64,000 nucleotides of DNA, taken from assembly GCF_004010195.1 (NCBI RefSeq), contig NC_057719.1:80515868-80579867 (forward strand). Direction: 5' to 3'. This DNA is from Chiloscyllium plagiosum (Eukaryota). The notes beneath the pieces are model-generated. The model saw only the letters and a list, made by a program, of their open reading frames with translations. It was not told where the DNA came from and did no database searches. Shown here piece by piece: positions 34,725 to 48,137 of this stretch; positions within the stretch are counted from its first letter, which is position 1, and every line of letters begins with the position of its first letter. A program made the translations under genes and the position numbers.

Positions 34725-36535
34725 ACCTAAAGAGAGAGCTCAGAAGAGCCAGGAGGAGGCATGAGAAGTTGTTGGCGGATAGGATCAGGGTATACCCCTA
34801 AGGTTTTCAATAGGTTTTTAAGGAATAAAAGAATGACGAGAGTAAGATTAGGGCCAATCAAGGATAGTAGTGAGAAGTTGTGTGTGGAGTCAGAGGAGAT
34901 AGGGGAAGCATTAAATGAATATTCTTCGACAGTTTTCACTCTAGAAAACGACACTGTTGTCGAGGAGAATCGTGAGATACAGACTACGAGACTGGGGGTG
35001 GGATTGAGGTTCACAAGGAAGAGGGATTAGAAATCCTGCAGAGTGTGAAAATAGATAAGTCCCCTGGGCCAGATGGGATTTATCCTAGGATCCTCTGGGA
35101 AGCCAAGGAGGAGATTGCCGAGCCTTTGAGATTGATTTTTAAATCGTCATTGTCAAGAGGAATAGTGCCAGAAGGCTGGAGGATAGCAAATGTGTTCCCC
35201 TGTTCAAGAAGGGGAGTAGGGACAACCCTGGTAATTATAGACCAGTGAGCCTTACTTCAGTTGTTGGAAAAGGTTATAAGAGATAGGATTTATAATCATC
35301 TAGAAAAGAATAATTTGATTAGGGATAGTCAGCATGGTTTTGTGAAGGATAGGTCGTGCCTCACAAACCTTATTGAGTTCTTTGAGAAGGCGACCAAACA
35401 GGTAGATGAGAGTAAACCGGTTGATGTGGATTTCAACAAAGCGTTCGATAAGGTTCCCCACAGTAGGCTATTGTACAAAATGCGGAGGAATGGGATTGTA
35501 GGAGATATAGCAGTTTGGATCAGTAATTGGCTTGCTGAAAGAAAACAGCAGGTGGTGTTTGATGGGAAATGTTCATCCTGGAGTCCAGTTACCAGTGGTG
35601 TACTGCAAGGGTCGGTGTTGGGTCCACTGCTGTTCGTCATTTTGAGAAATGACCTGGATGAGGGCGTAGAAGGGTGGGTTAGTAAATTCGCAGACGACAC
35701 TAAGGTCGGTGGAGTTGTGGATAGTGACGAAGGATGTTGTAGGTTACAGAGAGACATAGATAAGCTGCAGAGCTGGGCTGAGAGGTGGCAAATGGAGTTT
35801 AATATGGACAAGTGTGAGGTGATTCACTTTGGTCAGAGTAACGAGAATGCAAAGTACTGGGCTAATGGTAAGATTCTTGGTAGTGTAGATGAGCAGAGAG
35901 ATCTCAGTGTCCACGTACACAGATCCTTGTAAGTTGCCACCCAAGTTGACAGAGTTGTTAAGAAGGCATACAGTGTTTTAGTTTTTATTAATAGAGGGAT
36001 CGAGTTCCGGAACCATGAGGTTCTGCTACAGCTGTACAAAACTCTGGTGCAGCCGCACTTGGAGTATTGTGTACAATTCTGGTCACCGCATTATAAGAAG
36101 GATGTGGAAGCTTTGGAAAGGGTGCAGAGGAGATTTACTAGGATGTTGCCTGGTATGGAGGAAAGGCTGAGGGACTTGAGGCTGTTTTTGTTGGAGAGAA
36201 GAAGGTTGAGAGGTGACTTAATAGAGACATATAAGGTAATCAGATGGTTAGATAGGGTGGACAGGAAGAGCTTTTTCCAAGTATAGTGACGGCGAGCACG
36301 AGGGGGCTTTAAATTGAGGGGTAATAGATGTCAGAGGTAGTTTCTTTACTCCGAGAGTAGTAAGGAATGCTTTGCCTGCAATGGTAGTAGATTTGCCATC
36401 TTTTAGTGCATTGGACAAACATATGGATGTACATGGAATAATGTAGGTTAGATGGGCTTCAGATTGGTATGACTGGTCGGCACAACATCGAGGGCCGAAG
36501 GGCCTGTACTGCGCTGTAATGTTCTATGTTCTAAT
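34725..36535 (+). mobile_element. CR1 LINE, 5'-truncated, RT domain largely open
   Basis: ORF 35261-35932: QHGF, DFNKAFDKVPH, GVLQGSVLGPLLF, KFADDTK; tail (gttctat)n. Confidence 0.97.
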
Positions 36536-37164
36536 CAAGCGAATCTTCTCTGAAATAATTTAATCACTTCTGAATTCTTGGTTCACTAGCCTTTTTTGAA
36601 ACATAGCTAAGTTTCTCGGCATTCTGAAAATATAGACCAATGTTTGCCGAATCTGAACACTATATTTAACTGGAATAGCAGAAGGAGCTGAAACCGCGAA
36701 AAGTGGTCAGAAACATAGGAATCAAACACCTTTGATATAATCTTGAAACCTTTGTAAATCCTGGTGAAATAATCTGGACACTTACCATATCGTAGCTATG
36801 TTGAATTTGTATTGAGCTATGGCTATACCATATTTGGAGCATGACACGTAGCTCTGACCTCCATGTTTTAAAATGGCCCTTGAGGTGATATCAGAACTGA
36901 CGAGAAGGGCGCAGTTGGCTCATGTGGTGAATTAAATAGCCTGGCTCAGTGATCTACATTCTGTGCAATATTTCTTGGATGAATGTCTGCGCAGCACAAT
37001 ATTACAGGGAGCAGGGAATGCACAAAAATATTGCCCAAGGGAGCCAGGATCAGTTTGAAATTTCAAACAGAAAATACCACATACATTGACTGATGTGTTT
37101 GCTATAACCATTGCAACTCAAGATAAGTGACCAGGACAACGTCACAGCTCTGAGAACACAGAGA

Positions 37165-37950
37165 TACATAGATTCATACAACGCAGAAAAGGTCCTTTGG
37201 CCTATCGAGTCGACACCGACATAACTACCACTAAAACGGACTAAAATCTCAACTTCCTGCACTTGTCCCATACTCTTGAATGTTATGATATTTGAAAAGT
37301 ACTCCTCCAAATATCTTCTAAAGGCTGTAAGATTTCCAGCCTGCACCACTTTCCCAGGCAGTGCATTCCAGATTCCCACCATCCGCTGAGTGAAAAGGCC
37401 TTTTCTCAAATGCCCTCTGAATCTCCTGCCCCTTTCCCTGAAACCGTGCCCTCTCCTGATTGACTGCTCAACCAAGGGGAACAGCTACTCTGTATTCTCC
37501 TTGTCCATACCCCTCATAATCTTATACACCTCCAATCGTGTCTCTTCAGTCTTCTCTGCTCTAAAGAAAACAATCCAAGCCTAACTAGTCTTTCCTTGTA
37601 GCTCAATTTCTCCATCCCAGGCAACATCCTGGTGAAGCTCCTCTGTACCACCTCCAATGCTATCATATCTTCCCTGTAGGGAGGTGACCAGAACTTCACA
37701 CGGTATTCAAACTGTGACCTGACCAACACACTGTACAACTCCAACATTACCTCCTTGCTCTTATGCTCCATGCCACACCTGATGAAGACAAGTGTCCCAT
37801 AAGCCTCCTTAACTATTCACGTGCTCTGCCGACTTCAGGGATCTGTGAATAGTCACTCCAAGATCCCTCTGTTCTTCCAAGCTACCCAGTGTCCTGTCAT
37901 TCACTAAATATTCCCTCATCTTGTTTCTTCTTCTGAAGTGGATCACCTCA
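37165..37950 (-). mobile_element. CR1 LINE 3' fragment
   Basis: MLELYSVLVRSQFEYRVKFWSP..., WNALPGKVVQAG. Confidence 0.9.
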
Positions 37951-38635
37951 CGTGGATGTTAACTGGATGTTAAAAGAGAAATGGAGGGGGCAGACAGCTG
38001 AGACTAAAGGGACATCACTGTCAAAACAAAGACAAAATATTTGAACAGCATTTATAAACCCAGTGGCTACCTTATGACCTTAGACAAATAGTGCTGTGTT
38101 GCCATCAACACAACAAATGGATTGGGTAGAATTCCTGCAGGGGTCCCTCCCAATTTTTTTGTGTAATCTCAGTGATTTCCTCAGGGTTCTGTTAATTTTT
38201 ATCCACATTTTACAACTCGAGATCAGGAAAGCTTCAGTTGAAATTTCTGCCGGGTTATCCCTCTCCCTGTAAGGCATTGTGCAACAAAATTCCATTCTCG
38301 CATGAAATGTCAAGTGAACTTGGCAGAAAGTCTACTTTAATATTTCAGTCCCATTGATTTAATAATAAAAATCAATACCTCTCTTACTTTATTAAGAGGG
38401 CCCTGTTCTCACAATCGGCAATATAATTTGTCATAAGATGTGCTTACAGCAGCTGAAAGTGAAGCAGAGATTATGACAAAAATCTATTGAAGTTCTTCTG
38501 TTATTTAAAGTTTACACCTAAAAGATGTTATGATTACGGGAATGGCTGACAACAAGAGGCCAGGTCCATTTGTTGGCCTTCTACCATCTGGTAACTGGCT
38601 GATGGAAGGATAATGAAGTAATTTTCCTAATTATA

Positions 38636-39452
38636 GAGGCAAAAGTGAGGACTGCAGATGCTGGAAGCCAGAGTTTAGATCAGAGTGGTGCTGGAAAAGC
38701 ACGGCAGATCAGGCAGCATCCGAGGAGCAGGAAAATCGACGTATCGGGCAAAAGCCCTTCATCAGGAAAAAAGGCAGGAAGCCTCAGGGTGGAGAGATAA
38801 ATGGGGCTGGGGAGAAGGTAGCAAAGATTACAATAGGTGAATGGGGGTGGGGATGGAGATGGTGACTACCTGGTCAGGTCCAACAACCCATCCTCCCGAG
38901 CTGGCACCCTTCCCTGCCATCGCAGGAATTGCAAAACCTGCGCCCACACCTCCTCCCTCACCACCATCCAAGGCCCCAAAGGAGCCTTCCACATCCATCA
39001 AAGGTTCACCTGCAATCCACCAATGTCATTTATTGTATCTGTTGCGCCCAATGCAGTCTCCTCTGCCTTCTCGCAGAGTGCTTCAGGGAACATCTCCAGG
39101 ACACCCGCACCAATCAACCCCACCTCCCCATGACCCAACATTTCAACTTCTCCCCCCACTCTACCAAGGACATGCAGATCCTGGGCCTCCTCCACCGCCA
39201 CTCCCTCTCCCTTTCCACCTATCCGCTCCACCCTCCCATCTGACCTACCACCTCCAACCCCACCCCCATTCACCCATTGTACTCTTTGCTACCTTCTCCC
39301 CAGCCCCACCCTCCCCATTTATCTCTCCACCTTGGAGGCTTCCTGCCTCTATTCCTGATGAAGGGCTTTTGCTCGAAATGTCAATTTTTCTGCTCCTCGG
39401 ATGCTGCCTGATCTGCCGTGCTTTTCCAGCACCACTCTAATCTAAATCCACC
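38636..39452. mobile_element. Hairpin PLE derivative with internal GIY-YIG fragment and 14-bp TSD
   Basis: ttttcctaattata at 38622-38635 and 39453-39466; inverted terminal units; GTLPCHRRNCKTCAH; single-mutant hammerhead cores at 38738-38765 (-) and 39355-39382 (+). Confidence 0.9.
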
Positions 39453-39519
39453 TTTTCCTAATTATAATCTAACGTGAGTTTGTAAAAGACCCATTCATAA
39501 AGGAAGGATAAAACAAGCA

Positions 39520-40190
39520 GAGAAGGCAGGTTCATAGTTCCTTGACAGTGGAGTTGCAGGTAGACAGTGTAGTGAATAAGGTATTTAGTAGGCTTACCTC
39601 TATTGGTCAATGCATTGGGTTGGGGAGGTCATGTTGTGGCTGTACAGGACATTGATTTTGGAATACAGCGTTCAGTTCTGGTCTTCCTGCTATAGGAAAG
39701 ATGTTGTGAAACACAAAAGGGTTCAGAAAAGATTTACAAGGATGTTGCCAGAGTTTGAGCTATAGGCAGAGGCTGAAGAGGCTGGAGATATTTTCCCTGG
39801 AGCTTTGGAGGTTGAGGGGTGACCTTATAGAAGTTTATAAAATCATGACAGTCATGGATAGGGTAAATAGTCAAGGTCTTTTTCTCAGGCTAGGGGAGTC
39901 CAAAACTAGGAGGGCGTAGGTTTAGGTGAGAGGGGTGATTTAAAAGAGACCTAAGGGGCAACATTTTCCACATCGAGGGTAATATGTGATTGGAATGAGC
40001 TGTCAGAGGAAGTGGTGGAGGCTGGTACAGTTACAATATCTAAAAGGCTTCTGGATGGGAATATCAATAGGAAAGATTTAGAGCAAGTGCTGGCAAATGG
40101 GACTAAATTAATTCAGGATATCTAGTCAGCTTGGACGAGTTGGACTGATGGTTCTGTTTCTATGCAGTACATCTCTATTACTCTATATTC
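39520..40190 (+). mobile_element. CR1/HER1 LINE 3' fragment
   Basis: tggaatgagctgtcagaggaagtggtggagg, tail ctctatta/ctctat. Confidence 0.9.
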
Positions 40191-40297
40191 TAGTGGGTGA
40201 GAACCATATTTCCAAAGACATCACTTTGTACCAATGCCACTAATGGATCCTTCTATAAATCCGTCACTCGAAGCATATATCATGACTGATGGTGAGA

Positions 40298-40515
40298 TGA
40301 GTGTGGTGCTGGAAAAACACAGCAGGCCAGGCAGCATCCAAGGAGCAGGAGGATCGATGTTTCAGGCATAAGCCCTTCTTCAGATTCCTGAAGAAGGGCT
40401 TATGCTCGAAACGTCGATTCTCCTGCTCCTCGGATGCTGCTTGGCCTGCTGTGTTTTTCTAGCACCATATTTTTCAACTCTGGTCTCCAGCATCTGCAGT
40501 CCTCACTTTCTCCTC
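40298..40515. mobile_element. Mini hairpin PLE derivative with two back-to-back hammerhead cores
   Basis: Near-palindromic about 40385; no coding sequence. Confidence 0.88.
40388..40415 (+). ncRNA. Minimal hammerhead ribozyme core (putative)
   Basis: CUGAAGA-A-GGGC-UUAU-GCUC-GAAA-CGUC. Confidence 0.72.
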
Positions 40516-42286
40516 CCTGATGATATGAGCTGGGAGTTGTTGATTTGGCTTTATAGCCCAGGTGTAATTTTCCACTGAATTCAGGAAGTTGTGGGGTGTT
40601 CTGACAAGGGTGTTTAAGTTGATTATCTCTTAAACCTATTGTATCCTTTATCTAAAAAATAAACAATTTCCCTGGGAAAATCTGGGTGTGGGGGGTGGGG
40701 GGGGAGAAAAAAAAGAGAATCCTCTATAACCACAGCAGTGAGATCAGAAAGCACTCATTCTGACATAAAGTAGCGGAAAGTTGGAAACGTGCCCCTCAAA
40801 ATGATGTGGAGATGCTGAGGCCGACAACTGTAGCCTTCGAGACTAGGTTAGGGTAATGGGACATGGAGAGGAAGGCAGGAAAATTAGACTTACGGTACAG
40901 ATCAGTCATTATTTAATTGAACCGTGCAACAGGCAAAACCCAACTCTTTTACCTCATGTATAAACCTGAATGTGATTTTAACAAAAACTCTCTGTGCAAT
41001 CTTAGGCTATTCCTCAATCATAGAATCATTGAATCATAGAACCCCTACGTTGTGGAAACTGGCCACTTGGCCTAACAAGTTCACACCGACCCATTCCCCT
41101 ACCCTACCGCGCTGCATTTCCCTTCAGTGTGTAGTCTTGTAGAGGCAGTGATCGATGCTTTAGAAAATGTTCCAAGTTGGAAATGACAGACAGGCTCATG
41201 TTACTGGGTGTTTCCTGCAGTTACATGGTCCTATAAACCATAATTATAAGAATCAGGAGCAGAGATAGTCTATTCTGTTTGTTCAGCCATTCAATGGAAT
41301 CATTCAGCGGAATCCTCAACATCACTCACCTAGATTTTCCCCTTAACCCTTGAATCACTCTTACTGATGTAAAGATCTGTTCATCTCAGCCTTAAATGTA
41401 CTTAACAACCCAAACACTATAGCCGCCTGTGGTAAAGAATTTCACGGATTCACTACCATCTGAGAGAAAAATTCTTCCTTATCGCTGTCCTAACTGGGTG
41501 TCCCTTCCTCTAACATTATGCTTCCTAGTTCTAGACTCTCTCACAAGGGCAGAGCCAACTTTTCGACATCAGCCAGTTAAGGCTACAAAGAATCTTGTTA
41601 GTTTTAATAGGGTCTCCTCTCATTCTTCAAAGTTTTAATGAGTACAGGCCCAACCCACTCAACCTGTCTTCCTATATAAATTACATCAGACCTAGGTCAA
41701 TCTAGTGAACCTCCCTTGACTACACTGAATATTAGCATATATTTCCTTAGATAAGGTGGACAATGTTGCTCGTGTTATTCTAGCTGTGGTCTGACTAGTG
41801 CCTTGTATAGTTTTGGCAAGACTTCCTTATTTTTATACTCCATTTTCTTTGAAATAAAGGCCAACGTACCATTTGATTTCTCTCTTACCTGTTTAATTTC
41901 TATTTTAGCTGTCTGTGATTCCAAATCTTTTTTTGTTGCAATTTTCTGCAATCTATGTCCACTTAATTAACATTCAGTTTCTCAATTCTTCCTTCAAAAC
42001 CTGGCACTTGCCACGGTATATTTCATCTGCCAAATTTTTGTACACTTTTACCCACTTATCCTATCCTTATTCCTCTGCAGGTGCTTTGTTTCACCTACAC
42101 CACTTGCCTTCCTACCTACGTCTGTGACATTTACAAACTTGGCAAAAAGTAATTCACTTTCTTCATCCAAGTCATTGATATGTATTGTAAATAACTGTGG
42201 TCCTCGCATAGATCTCTGTGGCACTCTGTTACCTACAAGTTGCCATCCGGAAAATGTCCTGTTTATCCTAACTCTCTCTTCTATTA

Positions 42287-42440
42287 CTGATCTGAAAAAT
42301 GTGTTGCTGGAAAAGCGCAGCAGGTCAGGCAGCATCCAAGGAGCAGGAGAATCGACGTTTCGGGCATGAGGCCTGACCTGCTGCGCTTTCCCAGCAACAC
42401 ATTTTTCAGCTCTGATCTCCAGCATCTGCAGTCCCCACTT
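42287..42440. mobile_element. Mini hairpin PLE derivative (internally deleted) with 14-bp TSD
   Basis: tctctcttctatta at 42273-42286 and 42441-42454. Confidence 0.85.
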
Positions 42441-45154
42441 TCTCTCTTCTATTAGTTAGCCAATCTTCTATCCATGCTAATATGCTAATTCCAAAACCAT
42501 GAACTCTGACCTTATTAAGCAGCCCAATGTGTAGTACCTTCTCAAACACCTTTTGGAAAAACAAATACAAAAATATCTACTGGCTCCCCTTTACTTAACC
42601 TGTTTATTACTTCCTTAAAGAATATGCAAACAATTGTCAGGTGTGATTTCCCTTTCATGAGGCCATACTGATGCTGCTTAATTATATTTTAATTTTCTAA
42701 ATGCTATGCTATGCTATGATATGAGATTCTTTCTAATAGACTCTAACATTTTCCCAATAACAGATGATAAGCTAATTGGCCTATTGCTGTGTCTGTGTTT
42801 TTGTTTCAGATCTCCCTCCTTTTGTGAAGAAGGGTGTTATATTTGGCAGTTTTCCAATTGCCTGGCACATTTCCAGATTTTCTTGGAAGAATTCTTAGAA
42901 AATTATTACCAGAGTATCCCACTATCTCTGCAGCTATTTCCTTTAATATCCTACAATGCATTCCACCAGGCCCAGGGGACTTAGCAGTCTTTAGCAGTCA
43001 TTGGTTTCTTGTTCTCTAGAGAGAGCTATAGTATTTATTTCTTCTCCAACTTTTGCTTCTGGACTCTTTAGTATTTTTGGCATGCTGTTAGTGTATTCTA
43101 CTGTGAAGACTGATGCAAAATATTATTCGGCACCTGTGCCATTTCTTGGTTCCCCATTATTATTTCCCCTGCCTCATTGTTTAGGACTCTATTTTCACAC
43201 TGGCCTCCATCTCTCTTTTCTACTTTAAAGAGGCCCTTGCTGTCGATCTTGATATAACTTGCAAGCTCATCCTCAAAGTTTATTATCATCCACTTTATTA
43301 TTTTCTTGGTTATCTTTTGTTTATTTTCCCTCAAACTTTACTAATTCTCTGGATTACTAATAATCCTTGCCACTATTTGTTTGTGTTTCCTTCAATTTGA
43401 TGCTATCCCTAACTTCCCTAGTAAGCCATTGCTCGTTTATTGCTTTCCTAGTATCCTTTTTCCTCACCGAGATAAATGTTTGCTGAAGAGTCACACAGTA
43501 TTTTCTTAACCATCTGCCATATTCCCCGGCTGTCTTTTCTGCTAAGCTCCTGTCCCATTCCAGTCTTTAATTATCCTTGTTTCAGTTTAGCAAAAGTTGC
43601 TTCTGTACTCTCAGGCTGAATGCTAAATTCCTCCCTGTTACGGGTCACTGTTTTCAAGAGGATCATTTGCTCTGAGCCCACTTAATAAATCTACCACGTT
43701 ACCAGATCCAAAATTGCTTGATCCCTGGTTTGATCCACAACACATCGTTCAGGGAAACTTCAGAACACATTTCCTGAATTCCTAGCTACATGTGCCTATG
43801 TGACCATCTCAATCTGCATGAAGATTAGCATACTGTCTTTACTGCATCCCCTCATTACTTTCTGATTTATTCTCTGACCTACCAGAGAGCTGTTGTTAGG
43901 GGGCCTATAGACTTCTTCTAGTATTTTTAACCCGTTTTTATCCCACCTATATGGATTCTACATCTTCCAATCCAACATTGTTGGTCAGGGATGGATAGAA
44001 AGAACAATGCTACCCCACCACCCTTTCCTTCCTACTTGTCCTTTTGAAAAGTCACATACCCCCTATTACTTAGTTCTCAGCTTTGATCTCTTTGTACCTG
44101 GCTCTGTAATGGCTATAAGAACTATTAACTGTATCTGTGTCATTAATTCATTTATTTTGTTCTGAATACTGCACGCATTCAAGTAAAGAGACACTAATTT
44201 TGCTTTCTTGCCATTTTTTCCCAGTTTTGACCTTGTTTGCTGTTGTGTTTCTTTTCGTATTTGCACGCTCTGTCCTTTTCAATTCCACTGTGGTTATCAC
44301 TCTCTGAATAACTGCCCTGTAATGCCCGGATATCCTTTCGTAAGTGTACGATTCCACTCTTCACAAGCATCCCCCCCCTACCCTTCCTCTCTTTACTTTA
44401 TATCCCTGTCTACTACTCTGGTTATCCCCTTCACCAGGACACTTGTCCCGGTATGGTTCAAGTGAAGTCTGTTCCACCAGAGCAGTTCCCTTCTACCCAA
44501 CTACTAGTGCCAGCGCCCCACAAACTGAAACCATTCCACCCACATCCATCTTTAAGCCATGCATTTAACCCTTTGATATTATTTACCTATGGCTCAGCTG
44601 GAAATCCAAAGGTTAATACCTTCAGAGTTCTAATTTACCTCCAATCTAATCAAAATCTTTGAGCAAAACCTCTTTTCTAGTGGACGACCACGACTGGATC
44701 GCTCCTTTTAAAATCTATGTTCCTTCCTAGCCCCAAAGCGATGTCCTTAGCCTTGGAACTGGGCAGGTAACACAGTCATTGAGACTCTCACTCATGGCTG
44801 CAGAGGGCAGTATCTATTCCCCTAGTTTTACTTTGCCCCACCCCTATTATATTCCTGTTTCCTCCCTCCACTTCAATGCCTCCCTGTTACCATGGTTGTG
44901 ATTGGTACATCTGTGTGGCTTGCTAGGCCATTTCAGAAGACAGTTGAGAGTCAACCATAGTGCTGTGGGTCTGGAGTCACATGTAGGCCAGACCAGGTGA
45001 GGATGGCAGATTTCTTTCCCTGAGGGACATTAGTGAGCCAGATGGGTTTTTCTGACGATCGACAATGGTGTCATAGATTCTTTATTCAAGATTTTTAAAA
45101 ATTGAATTCAAATTCCACCATCTGACATTTGAACCTAGGTCATTGGAATGTTAG

Positions 45155-45320
45155 TGTTTAGATCACAGTGATGCTGGAAAAGCACAGCAGGTCAGGCAGC
45201 ATCCCAGGAGCAGGGGGTGAGGGAAGGTAGCAAAGAGTACAATAGGTGAATGGGGGTGGGGATGGAGGTGATAGGTCAGAGGGGTGGAGTGGATAGGTGG
45301 GAAGGGAGATGGGCAGGTAT
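45155..45320 (-). mobile_element. PLE terminal fragment inserted in a SINE
   Basis: gctggaaaagcacagcaggtcaggcagcatcc; degenerate TSD attggaatgttag / attagaatattag. Confidence 0.75.
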
Positions 45321-46261
45321 ATTAGAATATTAGCTGAGTTTACAGATAAATAGTCTAACAGTAATGCCGCTAGACCATTGCCTTCCGTGGTGCTGTGGTC
45401 ATGTCATTCAGTCCTGAGCTATAGAATCATACATCACTGAAACAGACCCTTCGATCCAACCAGTCCAGTTTTGTCCACACATCTTGCTTGCAGGCCAAAT
45501 TTGAATAAGCTAATCTGAGGGGTGTGATTGTGTACCGGAGGTAAGTATGCAGGTAGCTTTCCCCCTTTACTAAGGTGGCACAACATCTGCAGCTGGGACT
45601 CCAGCTGGAATCTGAAATTCCTACAACTGCGAACACTCACCATAACTGTGTTCTCCCTGAAGAACCTTGGCATCCAGCAGCTCCCACATGCCGCAGCAGC
45701 AACACATAACCATCCTTTCATGACTATCATCTTTTAAAATTAATTATTCATTACTCCGGTCTCCCTGCTCTTTAAATTGTATTGCAATTTTTTTGTTATA
45801 CCAGAATTGATCTTTATGCTTGAAAAGTTATTTTAGTGAAAATGATATTATTTTTACTTGGACCTTTAACGATTAGAAATACTCCTCAGTGCTTTCACTG
45901 CACTGGTGTACCGTTGTGTCACTCTGTCGCTGCTCTTACTGCAGTTCGGCCTTTCAATCCACACATTTTATCCTCTTACGACTACTTACGAGCTACGTAG
46001 GAGTTAACCAGCTTCTTGCCCCAGTAATGCACATATTCAGCTCTAGTCCCTGTTGAAGGCTGTATCATAATTTGGCAACATCTCCAGATGAGGAAAAGGT
46101 ATTTAGAAGAAACTTGAACCGGAGCCTGAGTATGTGGAGCTAGCTGCAATGTGGTAGTTAATGAGAATAATATGATGTATTAATTGAGAAGCTAATTAAG
46201 TGGAAGGTAAGAAAGGATCTTTTGAAAGGGTTAAAATTAAGGTGGGAGGAGGCTTGGGGAG

Positions 46262-46805
46262 AAATACAATCAGATTTTATTGTCACTCAAGTACGGGAGT
46301 GCAGTGAAAAGTGTACAATGTCGCCATTCTATTGGCGTCGTCTTAAAATACAAGATCAGAATTTTGTTTTTAAATGTAAAAGAAACGGAAAAAGAAAAGA
46401 AAAACACACTGCTAAGTAGCTCGTAAGTAGTCAAGGCTTATTCTATTCCTCAGTTCAAATCCAAAAGAAAAGGGAAGAGTCCAGATTTTAAAATCTTAGC
46501 TCTCTGGGCCTACCCTGGCCTAGAGTTTGTTCAGCCTCCTCCTGGAGCATGCTGCACTGATCATCTTTGATGCCAGTGCCGCCTCTGCTCACCAGGGGGA
46601 GCCGCCTGTGGTATTGTCACTGCTGCAGTTACACAGGAGGCCGGACCTGGTCTTGCCCTGCCGAGGACACTGGAAAAGGTTTTTGAAGAGGCAAAAAAGG
46701 GGAAAAAAATAAAAAGAGCAAAAGTATAAAGAAAGCAGATGGAAGCAGATGAGCCCCAGGCCAGGAACCCATGCTCAACACTGCTGCTCCGCCGCCATCT
46801 TACAC
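46262..46805 (-). mobile_element. Non-coding SINE-like element with YY1-like head and LINE-like tail (putative)
   Basis: Minus strand starts aagatggcggcgg and ends cttttcactgcac...tgacaataaaatc. Confidence 0.5.
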
Positions 46806-47997
46806 TTGTGTCTGATTCCGAAATACTAGCATGGACATCTGGGCTGAATGTTCATGTTTCTAAATGTAAAATTCTGTGTGATTCTCCTTAATGTGAAATT
46901 GAGTGTAGAAGGGATAAGTACAATGGAGAAATTTAATTTGAAAAAGTGCTCATGGTGAGGCTGTCCCCTTTAAAACACATGCTCAGTGAGTGCTCAAATA
47001 GAGGAACATGGTAAAAGGAAAGAAAAATGTGTTGATGCTGAGAGTAATTCCCCTTTTTAATTGGTCCTGGTTGCAGACCTCTGAGGTTAAAATGTCAGCT
47101 GGAAAAATTGCTGTTTGGCAGCCATGCCACACATTTTGTTTGTTCTTACCGTCCAGCATCACAAGAGGCAAAATCCTTTTCCAAAGCTGATTTTGGAGCT
47201 TTCTCTTTTACAATGCGACAGTGAAGGATAGTAGCAGTAGTCCTGTCCTTCAGACTGATCTGCCCACCCCCATTTCTTTGAGACAGACCATTTCTATCAT
47301 TAATTAATTACATAATAGGGCCATTGAGTTCAACAAGGTGCTGAATTAATTAGTACTTCACTTCCAATTTTTTTTTGGCAGCAGATGTTTCTTTCTGGTG
47401 AATTGTAACTTTAAAATGGATTCTCAGGACAATCTCAAGATTCTCATTATCATTGTGCATTAAACCCTGGCTCTGGACCAGGGCAATCCTAGATAAAATT
47501 AAGATTCTAAATACCTGCTTCAGACCCTTTGGACATCTTCAGAGTCAAAACCTACATTGTGTGTGCCAATGAACAAATTGAATATTCATTACCATTTTCA
47601 CTTTCGCACAGTGCACTAAGCTGTAAATATCTCAATTTTTTCAGTATGGAAAGAAGCCTTACTTCAGGGTACTGGAGGTCTTGTAGGAAAACTGGATATG
47701 TCCCTTCCAGTCCTGTTCGAGCTTAGGAAAGTGTATTCTCAATGAAATCAAATAGGTTGAATGTCAGTGTGTTAGTCCTTCTAACATACAACAATGGAAG
47801 GCAGGACTGAGAGAGATTCCCGATCAGCCATGAAGCAGAATGAACTTGGCGTCTCTCCCATCACTGTCTGCAGCTCTGTTCATGTAAAAGTATAGGTTGC
47901 CGCAGCAACCCGGACTCCTTGCGGTGGCTAGTCGGCTCAATTGATTGGTGCTGACAGCGGGTGGGGTTGACCCCAATTTAAGCTGGCATGGACTCGG

Positions 47998-48137
47998 GTA
48001 GAAGCAAAATACTTCAGGTGCTGGAAACCTGAAGCAAACACACAGAATGCTGGAGAAACTCAGCAGGTCTGGCAGCATCAGTGGATAGAGAAAGAGTGTT
48101 GATGTTTTGAGTCTGGCACGGTTCTTCTTTGGAACTC
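47998..48137 (-). mobile_element. PLE terminal unit (divergent subfamily)
   Basis: gctggagaaactcagcaggtctggcagcatc. Confidence 0.65.

Larger units (their letters stand above)
41230..45730 (-). mobile_element. Near full-length old CR1 LINE (ORF1 Zn-finger + esterase, endonuclease, RT), interrupted
   Basis: ORF1 CCCGMWELLD..CSQL (45620-45730), esterase-like RGIDT.LCSHE (~44800), EN start LYLNACSIQNKINEL (~44190), RT VPQRSMRGPQLFTIHINDLD. Confidence 0.75.

Noticed and set aside
45641..45730. 90-nt minus-strand exon-like segment with a strong gtgagt donor
   Set aside because: Another frame gives CCCGMWELLD..GECSQL continuing past the donor, i.e. a CR1 ORF1 Zn-finger remnant
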